From Chiloscyllium plagiosum (taxonomy: Eukaryota), in NCBI RefSeq assembly GCF_004010195.1, contig NC_057759.1, positions 4,445,648 through 4,465,647 of the forward strand: a stretch of 20,000 nt of DNA, written 5' to 3'. Positions 1-9,041 of this stretch are shown piece by piece. Position 1 is the stretch's first letter; the number at the start of each line of letters is the position of its first letter. A program made the translations under genes and the position numbers. The notes beneath the pieces are model-generated. The model ran no database searches. It worked only from the letters and a program-made list of their open reading frames with translations, and was not told the DNA's origin.

Positions 1-835
1 GGCAGATGAAGTTGAACCTGGATAAATGCGAAGTGATGCATTTTAGAAAGTTGAACTCGAATGTTGAATATAGGATTAAAGACAGGATTCTTGGCTGTGT
101 GGAGGAACAGAGAGATCTGGGTGTGCAAGTACATAGATCTCTCAAAGTTGCCACTCAAGTGGATAGGGTTGTTAAGAAAGCATATGGTATTTGGCTTTCA
201 TTAGCAGCGGGATCGAGTTTAAGAGCCACGAGGTTTTGCTTGCAGCTCTCCAATTCCTTGGTGAGACCACACTTGGAATATTGGTTGCCCTTCTATCAGA
301 AAGATACAGAGGCTTTGGAGAGGGTGCAAAGAAGGTTTACCAGGATGCTGCCTGGACTGGAGGGCTTGCCTTATGAAGAAAGGTTGCATAAGCTCAGACT
401 TTTCTCTCTGGGGAGAAGGAGGAAGAGATGAGATCTGATCGAGGCGTACAAAATAATGAGAGGAATAGATAGAGTCAATAGCCAGAGACCTTTCCCCAGG
501 GCAAGATTGAGTGGTACGAGGAGTCATAGTTTGAAGATATTAGGAGGAAGGTATAAAGGAGACGTCAGAGGTAGGTTCTTTACCCAGAGAGTTATGAATG
601 CATGGAATGTGTTGCCAGCTGTGGTAGTGGGAGCAGAGTCATTACGGACATTTAAGAGACTGCTAGAAATGCACATGGATAGCAGTGAGTTGAGGGGTGT
701 GTAGATTAAGTTACTATGTTTTACATTAGGATTAAGCCTTGGCACAACATCGTGGGCCAACAGGCCTGTTCTGTGCTGTACTTTCCTATGCTCTATGATC
801 CTCTGACTCTCTGTGACCCTGTAACTCTCTCTGAG
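1..835 (+). mobile_element. CR1-clade LINE (HER1-like) 3' fragment: end of ORF2 RT plus 3' UTR and tail
   Basis: Frameshifted translation WQMKLNLDKCEVMHF...RDLGVQVH..LKVATQVDRVVKKAYG...LVRPHLEY...LERVQRRFTRMLPGL...YEERL..L.LFSL, then RFFTQRVMNAWN.LP. The 3' stem-loop 'gggccaacaggcctgttctgtgctgta' is followed by a ctatga/ctctga-type microsatellite tail. Confidence 0.95.
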
Positions 836-916
836 TGTATAGTGGGAGTACTGTTTGTTGCTGAGCACAATAGTTCCCGCCTTAGAAAAGTTCCTAACAG
901 TTTGGTTTAATCACAG

Positions 917-1185
917 GTATTCCTGTGTCATTCCTAGAGCTGAGTGCCCACCTGGAAACGTGGTAGTGGAAGGAGACAGCACCCCTTTAAACCGCTTGTT
1001 TTGACCCCAATTCATTATATTTTCCAGAAGGATGGTGAGGAGATTTACTGGGAATACTCCAACCACAACAGAATCATACACACAATCATCAATATCAGCA
1101 AAAGTCAAGAGGACTATCACTGACCTGTTTCTAACCAGCAAGCAGTCTCTTCTGAACAGCAAATTAGTTGCCGATTCAGTGATCA
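917..1185 (+). pseudogene. Degenerate Ig C2-type domain exon (PECAM1/FCRL/allergin-like)
   Basis: Acceptor 'ttggtttaatcacAG' (AG at 915-916) and donor 'GTAAGT' (1186-1191) give a phase 1-1 exon of 269 nt. Translation stitched across frameshifts: GIPVSFLELSAH/PPGNVVVEGDSTPLNR.../PIHYIFQKDGEEIYWEYSNHNRIIHTIINISKSQEDYH*PVSN/SKQSLLNSKLVADSVI. Both canonical Cys positions are lost (CGC; TGA at 1121-1123). Confidence 0.75.
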
Positions 1186-1239
1186 GTAAGTTTGTAAGCA
1201 ACTCTATACAAATCCACATTATCTGAGTAATGTGATAGC

Positions 1240-1610
1240 ACTGGGGCAGCATGCAGAGGGAGATTTACCAGGATTTTACTTTGGGGCTGGAGAGAGATTG
1301 GATAGACTGTGGTTGTTTTCCTGAGAGTAGAGGAGATTGAGTGTGGTGACATGATTGAGATGTATAAAATAATGGGTGTAGATAGGGTGGATAGGAAGAA
1401 ACTTTTCCCCCCTTAATGGAGGGATCAATGACTAGGGGAGGGGCATAGATTGAAAATAAGGGGTAGGAGGTTTGGAGAGGGATGTGGGGAAAACATTTTC
1501 ACCCAGAGGGTAGTGGGGAATCTGGAACTCACTGCCTGTAAGGGTGAGAGTGGCAGAAATCTTCATCACATTGAAGAAAGATTTAGATGTTCACTTGCGA
1601 TGCCAAGGCT
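1240..1610 (+). mobile_element. Degraded CR1 LINE 3' fragment
   Basis: Motifs 'gcagagggagatttaccagga', 'ggtgacatgattgagatgtataaaataatg', 'ttttcacccagagggtagtggggaatctggaactcactgcctg'. Confidence 0.85.
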
Positions 1611-1658
1611 AGAGTCAGATTAAGTGGTCCTTGATGTTTCACTTGTATTTTCTTGCAG

Positions 1659-2102
1659 AAATATGAGCTTGGGTAAGGTGAATAGCCAAGGTCTTTTCCC
1701 CAGGGCATGGGAGTCCAAAACTAGAGGGCATTGGTTTAAGGTTAGAGGGGAAAGATTTAAAACCGACCAGAGGGGTAACTTCTTCACACAGATGGTGGTG
1801 CATATTTGGAATGAGCTGCCAGAGGAAGTGGTAGAAGTGGATACAATAACAACCTCTAAAAGAGATTTGGAAAGATACATGGATAGGAAAGATTTAGATG
1901 GGTATGGGCCAAAGGCAAACAAATTAGACTAGTTTCATTTGTGAGACCTGGTCAGCATGGACGCATTGGGCTGACGGGTCTATTTCCGTACTGTATGACC
2001 CTATGACTGGGAAAATTATATTAGAGAATAAAGTTGGTTGCTTTTGACTGGCATGGATTCAGTTTGCTGAAAATCCTGTTTCTGTGCTGTCTCTGACTCT
2101 AC
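1659..2102 (+). mobile_element. CR1 LINE 3' end, plus a second short CR1 tail at ~2045-2102
   Basis: LFPRAWESKTRGHWFKVRGERFKTDQRGNFFTQMVVHIWNELPEEVVE, then the tail 'gggctgacgggtctatttccgtactgtatgaccctatgact'. Confidence 0.9.
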
Positions 2103-2153
2103 AATTCCTTGTTAAGCAATCCATCAGAGAAAGGTAGAAGCTTAGACAAGCTG

Positions 2154-2300
2154 GGGGAGGCTGACATTAACACCAAAGATGTTCATAGTAGGGTGGGATT
2201 GGGGACAGTGATGGTAACCCCCAGGATGTTGACAGTACGGTAGGGGTGGGGACAGTGACAGTAACCCCCAAGATGTTGATTGTGGGGATGGGCATAGTGA
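2154..2300. repeat. Imperfect ~47-bp tandem repeat, about 3 copies
   Basis: Units start at ~2154, 2201 and 2248, with consensus ggggacagtga.gtaacccccaggatgttga.agt.gggt. Confidence 0.8.
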
Positions 2301-2340
2301 TCTTCTTCTACCTTGATCTTGTCATCTTCTACCTAGGAAC

Positions 2341-2618
2341 TGTTGAAGAAAACTCTCGACACTCAGACCTTGAGAACTGATTAGTTTATTCCATGATAGA
2401 TCATGGGGAATTCACCATCCTAACTGTGGCTCGGTGCTATTCTGAAGTACATCAGGATACTACAGGATTATATAGAGAAAGCAGATAGAGGCTGATAATC
2501 GATTACACAGTTTGGTATGCTTACAAGGTGGTACTAAATTAGAGGTTAGTCATTAGAGTCAAACCTAAGCACCATTATGCATTCCACAAGTATTTACACA
2601 GATTGCTAACACTAAGCA
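2341..2618 (-). mobile_element. Candidate 3' LTR of an LTR retroelement or ERV
   Basis: On the minus strand it reads TG (2618 or 2611) ... TATATAA (~2473-2467) ... AATAAA (2390-2385) ... CA (2342-2341). Removing the Penelope at 2619-4069 places a polypurine tract 'aagggagga' (rc of 4070-4078) directly before the TG. Confidence 0.55.
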
Positions 2619-3460
2619 GAGATGCTCTCCACCACATCTCCTCCACTTCCTGCACCTCCGCCCTTGAACCCCGCCCCTCCAATTGCCACCAGGACAGAAC
2701 CCCTCTGGTCCTCACCTTCCACCCCACCAACCTCCGGATACATCGTATCATCCTCCGTCATTTCTGCCACCTCCAAACAGACGCCACCACCAGGGATATA
2801 CTTCCCTCCCCACCCCTACCAGCGTTCCAGAGAGACAACTCCCTCCGCGACTCCCTTGTCAGGTCCACACCCCCCACCAACCCAACCTCCACTCCCGGCA
2901 CTTTTCACTGCAACCGCAAGAAGTGCAAAACTTGCGCCCACACCTCCCTCCAAGTCCCCAATGGATCCTTCCATATCCGTCGCAAATTCACCTGCACCTC
3001 TACATACATCATTTACTGTATCCGCTGCACCCGATGTAGTCTCCTCCACATTGGGGAGACAGGCCGCCTACTTGTGGAACGTTTCAGGGAACACCTCTGG
3101 GACCCCTGCACCAACCAACCCAAGCGCCAGTGGCTGAACACTTTAACTCCCCCTCCCACTCTGCCAAGGACATGCAGGTCCTCGGCCTCCTCCATCGCCA
3201 GATCCTGGCCACACGACGCCTGGAGGAAGAGTGCCTCATCTTCTACCTAGGAACCCTCCAACCACACAGGATGAATGTAGATTTCTCCAGCTTCCTCATT
3301 TCCCCTCCCCCCCGCCTTATCTCAGCCCCAACCCCCGGATTCAGCACCGCCCTCTTGATTTGCAATCTTCTTCCCAACCTCTCCGCCCCCATCGCCTCTC
3401 CGGCCTATCACCCTCACCCTCAACTCCTTCCACCTATCGTATTCCCAGCTCCCCTCCCCC

Positions 3461-3960
3461 NNNNNNNNNNNNNNNNNNNNNNNNNNNNNNNNNNNNNNNN
3501 NNNNNNNNNNNNNNNNNNNNNNNNNNNNNNNNNNNNNNNNNNNNNNNNNNNNNNNNNNNNNNNNNNNNNNNNNNNNNNNNNNNNNNNNNNNNNNNNNNNN
3601 NNNNNNNNNNNNNNNNNNNNNNNNNNNNNNNNNNNNNNNNNNNNNNNNNNNNNNNNNNNNNNNNNNNNNNNNNNNNNNNNNNNNNNNNNNNNNNNNNNNN
3701 NNNNNNNNNNNNNNNNNNNNNNNNNNNNNNNNNNNNNNNNNNNNNNNNNNNNNNNNNNNNNNNNNNNNNNNNNNNNNNNNNNNNNNNNNNNNNNNNNNNN
3801 NNNNNNNNNNNNNNNNNNNNNNNNNNNNNNNNNNNNNNNNNNNNNNNNNNNNNNNNNNNNNNNNNNNNNNNNNNNNNNNNNNNNNNNNNNNNNNNNNNNN
3901 NNNNNNNNNNNNNNNNNNNNNNNNNNNNNNNNNNNNNNNNNNNNNNNNNNNNNNNNNNNN
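3461..3960. other. Assembly gap (500 N)
   Basis: Run of N after a poly-C-rich tract. Confidence 1.
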
Positions 3961-3974
3961 GGCACACCAGCCTC

Positions 3975-4010
3975 ATTCCTGATGAAGGGCTTATGTCCGA
4001 AACGTTGATT
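3975..4010 (+). ncRNA. Minimal type I hammerhead ribozyme motif in the Penelope 3' region
   Basis: CTGATGA (3979-3985), A, stem II GGGC-ttat-GTCC, GAAA (3999-4002), then CGTT. Confidence 0.75.
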
Positions 4011-4776
4011 CTCCTGCTCCTCAGATGCTGCCTGGCCTGCTGCGCTTTTCCAGCAACACACTTTTCAACTCCTCCCTTGGGTGTTACCAACTTCTAGGTT
4101 TTTGGAAAGGAAAGGGAGTTTGGAAACGAAGCCATGTTGGTTTTCACTGGATGGATGATGATGGTGGAATTAAAGTGATAGGGACCTACCAGACGACAGC
4201 AAGAACTGTTACCAATATCAGTGAATGGGAGGAGGTTGGATGCTCGGCAATTGAGTGGGAAAATGGTCAAGAGACGAGAAGTAGGTTCTCATGTACACGA
4301 GGAGCTCCCAAGGTTGGAGAGAAGCTGGAGGAAGTTGAGTATTCAGGACTCGGACAAGGTGAAACTTCAGAGACAATTTCAGGGAAAGGAGGGACATGGA
4401 AGAGACACCTGCTCAGATTATCTCAATCTGAATGACAAAGAAGCTCCATGAGCTCCTTACAAGATGGAGGAGAGAGAAAGGGAACCTTTTCAAAAGAAAG
4501 TGCAAAGGACAGTAGAAAGTGTTAGCGAACTGGGTGTTTACCATAAATTTGATATAATTGACTTTTTATCCCATTATAAACACCTGTAACCAAGCTAGAA
4601 TTTCCACAAGGTCAATTGAGAAATACTACAATGAAACAAATTGGATGCTGGATATGATTAACAGCAAATTCCAACTCCTTCAGTTATGGAAGTTACTCTG
4701 GCAGTTATATAGTTAACTTAGTGTTGTAATGCATGCCCGGGATCATTTTACAGGGCTCCAGTAACAGATAATGATA

Positions 4777-5040
4777 GTTGTTGTGGTTCTGTTCGCCGAG
4801 CTGGAAGTTTTTGTTGCAAACGTTTCGTCCCCTGGCTAGGCGACATCATCAGTGCTTGGGAGCCTCCTGCGAAGCGCTTCTTTGATGTTTCCTCCGGTGT
4901 TTATAGTGGTCTGTCCCTGCCGCTTCCGGTTGTCAGTTTCAGCTGTCCGCTGTAGTGGTTGGTATGAATGCCATGCCTCTAGGAATTCCCTGGCTGTTCT
5001 CTGTTTGGCTTGCCCTATGATAGTAATGTTGTCCCAGTAG
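4777..5040 (-). mobile_element. Inverted partial copy (pseudo-LTR) of the adjacent Penelope-like element
   Basis: Reverse complement of ~5211-5514, with a 42-nt in-frame deletion (WHSYQPL versus WHSSTNSINKHIDLDPIYQPL). Confidence 0.93.
4816..4855 (-). ncRNA. Minimal type I hammerhead ribozyme motif
   Basis: The minus strand reads gca-CTGATGA-t-GTCgCCT-agcc-AGGgGAC-GAAA-CGTT-tgc. Confidence 0.78.
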
Positions 5041-5050
5041 TGTTGTCCCA

Positions 5051-5550
5051 GTAGTGTACAAAATACCATGCAAGGACTGCACTAATCACTATATAGGACA
5101 AACAGGAAGACAGCTAACAATCTGCATACATGAACATCAACTAGCCACGAAACGACACGACCAGCTATCCTTAGTAGCCACACACACAGACAACAAGCAA
5201 CATGAATTCGACTGGGACAACACTACTATCATAGAGCAAGCCAGACAGAGAACAGCCAGGGAATTCCTAGAGGCATGGCATTCATCCACAAACTCCATCA
5301 ACAAACACATCGACCTCGACCCAATATACCAACCACTACAGCGGACAGCTGAAACTGACAACCGGAAGCGGCAGGGACAGACCACTATAAACACCGGAGG
5401 AAACAACAAAGAAGCGCTTCGCAGGAGGCTCCCAAGCACTGATGATGTCGCCTAACCAGGGGACGAAACGTTTGCAACAAAAACTTCCAGCACGGCAAAC
5501 AGAACCACAACAACGAGCACCCGAGCAACAAATCTTCGCACAAACTTTGA
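5051..5550 (+). mobile_element. Penelope/Poseidon-type element 3' part: GIY-YIG endonuclease plus 3' UTR
   Basis: Uninterrupted VVYKIPCKDCTNHYIGQTGRQLTICIHEHQLATKRHDQLSLVATH...HEFDW...REFLEAWHS...SINKHIDL (ORF 5054-5455). Confidence 0.93.
5436..5475 (+). ncRNA. Minimal type I hammerhead ribozyme motif
   Basis: gca-CTGATGA (5439-5445)-t-GTCgCCT-aacc-AGGgGAC-GAAA (5465-5468)-CGTT-tgc, with helix I formed by gca/tgc. Confidence 0.78.
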
Positions 5551-5556
5551 CTGTTA

Positions 5557-5632
5557 AATAATTTAACTGTAGTTGCATCCACCACTTCCTCCAGCGGTTT
5601 ATTGCACCCAGTGACCAAAGGGTGTAAAACAA
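5557..5632 (-). mobile_element. Short CR1 fragment
   Basis: 'ttaactgtagttgcatccaccacttcctccagc' is the rc of the CR1 LPEEVVDA..V..FK segment. Confidence 0.65.
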
Positions 5633-5649
5633 AAGCTGCCACTCATGTC

Positions 5650-5850
5650 GACTGAGACAAGGTGGGGGAGGGGAAATGAGGAAACTGGTGAAATCCGAGT
5701 TCATCCCTTGTGGTTGGAGGGTTCCTAGGCGGAAGATGAGGCGCTCTTCCTCCAACCGTCGTTTTGTTGTGGTCTGGCGATGGAGGAGTCCAAAGAACTG
5801 CATATCCTTGGTGGAGTGGGAGGGGGAATTGAAATGTTGAGCCACAGTCA
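5650..5850 (-). mobile_element. Penelope-like (Neptune-type) GIY-YIG C-terminal fragment
   Basis: VAQHFNSPSHSTKDMQFFGLLHRQTTTKRRLEEERLIFRLGTLQPQGMNSDF, same family as 3130-3310. Confidence 0.9.
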
Positions 5851-5851
5851 C

Positions 5852-6148
5852 TGTTACATGAGCTAATGCTGAAGATGATGATATTATAATGTGATAGGTT
5901 AAGTGTGATGGAGGGAACCAGCGTGGCAGATGGTGATTAGTTTAGAAAGATAAAGCAAGCCAGCATGATTAAGCGCGGGAAAAACAACTGTATAAGTTGC
6001 AGGAGAACAAAGAGCCTGTGGGGAGCCAGGGAAGACATTTAGCTGGCTCCCACAGCTTTGATTTTGCAAGATTAAAGTGTAATTTTGTGAGGATTTTCTG
6101 TGTCTCCTGGTAATTTTTTATAAAACATTGAGTGATTCTTCCACAACA
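5852..6148 (+). mobile_element. Candidate solo LTR
   Basis: Termini TGTT...AACA, TATAA at 5991, ATTAAA at 6071 followed by a GT-rich tract. 'cagtca' occurs at 5845-5850 and 6149-6154. Confidence 0.55.
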
Positions 6149-6423
6149 CAGTCAGAGGGAGATCACTTCAATGAGCACTTAGAAATTAGAAATAGGTTTG
6201 ATACAGTGTGTTTATTTCACAGTCATCCCAAACAGTCATCTCTTTAACTGAGCTTGAGTTCATTATCTTCAGTAGAAACCTGCCCCAGTGGATATCAATC
6301 AGTTATCAATTACAAAAATAATTAAGTTCTTTGACATAGCTCCTTATCAGGTGGGACTTGAAACGAAATCTTCTGGCTGAGAGCATGAAGCAGGGAGATG
6401 TTCACAGTAAAAACCAGGCACTG

Positions 6424-7066
6424 TCATTTCTCATGAATATGCTGGTGTTTCAGCAGACTGGATTTCACAATGAATCTCTTTCCACAGTCAGTGCAGCAGA
6501 ACAGCCTCTACCTTCTGAGAGATCGTTGGCGTATTAACAGGTTGGATTTATGAGAAAATCCTTTCCTGTCGTGTGAGCAGGTAAATGGTCTCTCCCCGGT
6601 CTGGATCCGCTGGTGTTTAATGAGGTTGGATGATGGCTTGAACCCACATCCACAGTGAGAGCACATGAAGGATGTCTTGTCACTGTGAGCATGTTGTTGA
6701 GATATCAGTGCCCCAGAGTTTTTAAAACACCTCCCACATTCTGAGCATTTCAAAGATCTGTTCTCTGTGTGAACTTGCTGGGGTTTCAGCAGGGTGGATG
6801 ATTAAGTGAATCCTTTCCCACCCTTGAAACAGATGAATAGCCTTTCCCCATTGTGGCTGTATTTATACTATGACAGGGCAGATGATCTGCTGAAGATTTG
6901 TCCACATGTACAACACATATACGGTTTCTCCCCCACTGTGAACGGTGCTTTTTTTCCTTCAAAACCCAATGATATTCAGGCGACAATAAACTCGGCAGCA
7001 TGGTCAGATTGGGAAGTGATGCCTGGCTTTAAATCTCCTTATTGCAAATCATCTTCTTCCAATTCC
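6424..7066 (-). pseudogene. C2H2 zinc-finger pseudogene exon (about 6 degenerate fingers), copy 1
   Basis: CSECGRCFKNSGALISQQHAH, CSHCGCGFKPSSNLIKHQRIQTGERPFTC. Acceptor 'aatttcacAG' (7068-7067). Internal stops and lost Cys/His ligands. Confidence 0.9.
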
Positions 7067-7119
7067 CTGTGAAATTCATTGAAAGCACAAGGCAAATCAA
7101 GTGAGAATCCAAAAAAGAT

Positions 7120-7850
7120 GTAAGAGCAGAAGTAAGCGACTCAACCCAGCAAGTCACCATTCAGTGAGATCAGAGCTGATCCAATAATCCTCAGTTTGAT
7201 TTTCCTGCCTTATGACCCCACCCTTGAATCCCTTACTAATTAAAAATCTATTTATCTCAGCCTTAGAGCAGCACAGCCTCTATAGGCCGCTGCAGTATTC
7301 TGTACCTGAAGAGAAGGAATTCCTCCACATCTGTTTTAAATAGGTGATTTCTTACTCTGAGATTATGTCCTCAAGTCCTCAACTCTCAAATAAGTAATAA
7401 CAATCTCCCTGAATCTACAGTGTCCACCCCCTCAGAATCTTTCCATAAGGTCTTGTCTCATTCTTCTGAACTCCAAAGAGTACAGCAGCAATCTGCTCAA
7501 ACTCATCTCCTGAGAAATTCCTCCCACATCCGGGATCAATCTCCTGAACACTCTATGGACTGCCTTTCCCAAAACAAAGGTATTCATAGTATTGCAAATG
7601 TGATCTGACTCGTGTCTTCTACAGTTTTAGCAGAACTTTCTTTTTTCTCCACATTCCCATTAAATAAAAACCAACTGACCATTTCCCTTCCGGAATACCC
7701 ACTGAACCTGGATGCTGAGTTTTCACCTTCCAAGCAGAATGACCCACAATTCTGTGCTGCAGCTTTCTGTAGAGGTGTTCCCTCGTTAAATAATATTCAC
7801 CTCTCCTAGTCTTCCTGCCAAAATGCATATATTTTCCCATATTATATTCC
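7120..7850 (-). mobile_element. Degraded CR1 LINE fragment
   Basis: Minus strand MEYNMGKYMHFGRKTRRGEYYL... runs through CR1 ORF2 remnants to a 3' UTR near 7130-7260. Confidence 0.8.
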
Positions 7851-8319
7851 ACAGCACTGGAAAGAGCACGAGGAGAATGAGAGGGTTTTTAATCAACCAT
7901 ACCTTGAGCATAACCTCCCAAACCAGACACTTCCACCACCACAAAGGACCAGGGAGCGACCAGCACTCCCTTGGAGCTTCCTCCAACTCACACAACGTCC
8001 CAACATCCAGTGCTGAATGAATAGAAATTGCCTCCAATTTAATCAAGAACTTGGGAGCAGAGATGTGAGGAATTACTTCGATATGAAAAGGGTGGAAGAG
8101 CTTGTTAGTTTTCAGTCTGAGACAGATAAACGTTTGTTCAACAAAGGTATTCAGGGATATGGGCCAAAGGCTGAATTCCACACAGAAGCCATGAGTTCAT
8201 TCAATGGTGGAACAGCTGAAAGGCCTACTCCTGATCCTTTGTTCACTGAAAGCTGCTGGCTTCAGTCCCTGTTACAGACTTCCTAACTCCACCTGTATCG
8301 CTCCCTCTGGTAACTGTCT

Positions 8320-8990
8320 GAACCAGGCTCTTCACAACATTAAAGGAATATTGCACTTGGAGATTAGCTTTGAACCACAGAGCCAAACCCTTAGCGTGAC
8401 GTTCTATTTCTATTTCAGTAACGTGGCCTGACTCCAACACAGTATCAGCTGCAGGTGCTGAAAATCTCATCCAGTCCTTTGTAACCTCGAGATGAATGAC
8501 CTTACACACTCCTGATCCACCTCCCACCTTCAACCTCCCTGTAATCTTGAGTTCATCCAATACCCCGCTGCCTGCGTGCTCACTCACACTGAGTTTTGTT
8601 CTCCTCACCCTGAACTCACTGACCTGAAGAGGTCGCAAATTGAGGAAAAGCAACATCTTAACAAATTTCTCATCCTTCTTTTCAAATCCTTCTATGATAG
8701 TGATCATTCCCATCTCTAATCTCTGCCAGCCACACAATCTTTTAAGATATCTGCACTTACTTAATTTTGGTCTCTTGAGCATGGTCAATTACTCCTGGCC
8801 CTCCCTGATGTGTGGCAATGTTTGGATCTCAGACTTCAGCTCAACAATCTGAGCTGGAAATCCCTCAACCAACACTTGTTATGGTTGTAGTAGCTATGAA
8901 CCACAATGGGGTCCACCAGCTCTGACAACATGCAGTTAAAACACCTCGCCTGGTCTGGCCCCTCCATTTTAATGATTTGGTGCTTAATTT
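8320..8990 (+). mobile_element. Degraded L2 LINE 3' fragment, continuing into the spacer
   Basis: 'gctgaaaatctcatccagtcctttgtaacctcgaga' encodes AENLIQSFVTSR (L2 consensus AETLIHAFVTSRLDY), followed by LEFIQYPAACVLTHT. The 3' boundary is approximate. Confidence 0.75.
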
Positions 8991-9041
8991 GATTTTTTAA
9001 ACATTTCATGCTGAAAGAATATCCACTGTTGTTGGGGAGCT

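Larger units (their letters stand above)
2619..4070 (+). mobile_element. 5'-truncated Penelope-like element (Neptune-type, Cys-rich linker plus GIY-YIG endonuclease), spanning an assembly gap
   Basis: PLVLTFHP...CNRKKCKTCAH...FTCTSTYIIYCIRCTRCSLLHIGETGRLLVERFREHL, then after a frameshift VAEHFNSPSHS...RRLEEECLIFYLGTLQP.MN. The C-rich 3' UTR resumes after the gap with a hammerhead motif and 'gatgctgcctggcctgctg'. Confidence 0.92.
6299..8791. repeat. Left arm of a large inverted duplication
   Basis: Reverse complement of 9042-11643. Two hand-checked 60-nt blocks gave 2/60 and 5/60 mismatches. Confidence 0.97.

Noticed and set aside
911..1252. 113-aa minus-strand ORF
   Set aside because: Antisense shadow of the Ig pseudo-exon with no recognisable motif.
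1635..1680. Possible micro-exon (ttcttgcAG...GTAAGG)
   Set aside because: The downstream part is the start of a CR1 fragment, so the donor is probably coincidental.
2154..2300. CRISPR-like array
   Set aside because: Eukaryotic context, degenerate tandem units and no unique spacers.
2622..3137. Proline-rich 171-aa ORF
   Set aside because: Alternative frame of the C-rich Penelope coding strand.
3130..4097. Long ORFs of 213-292 aa
   Set aside because: Artefacts of translating through the 500-N gap. Only the first ~60 codons of 3130 are real Penelope sequence.
8243..8788. 181-aa minus-strand ORF, mirrored at 9045-9332
   Set aside because: Antisense to an L2 remnant, and not kept open in the duplicate arm.
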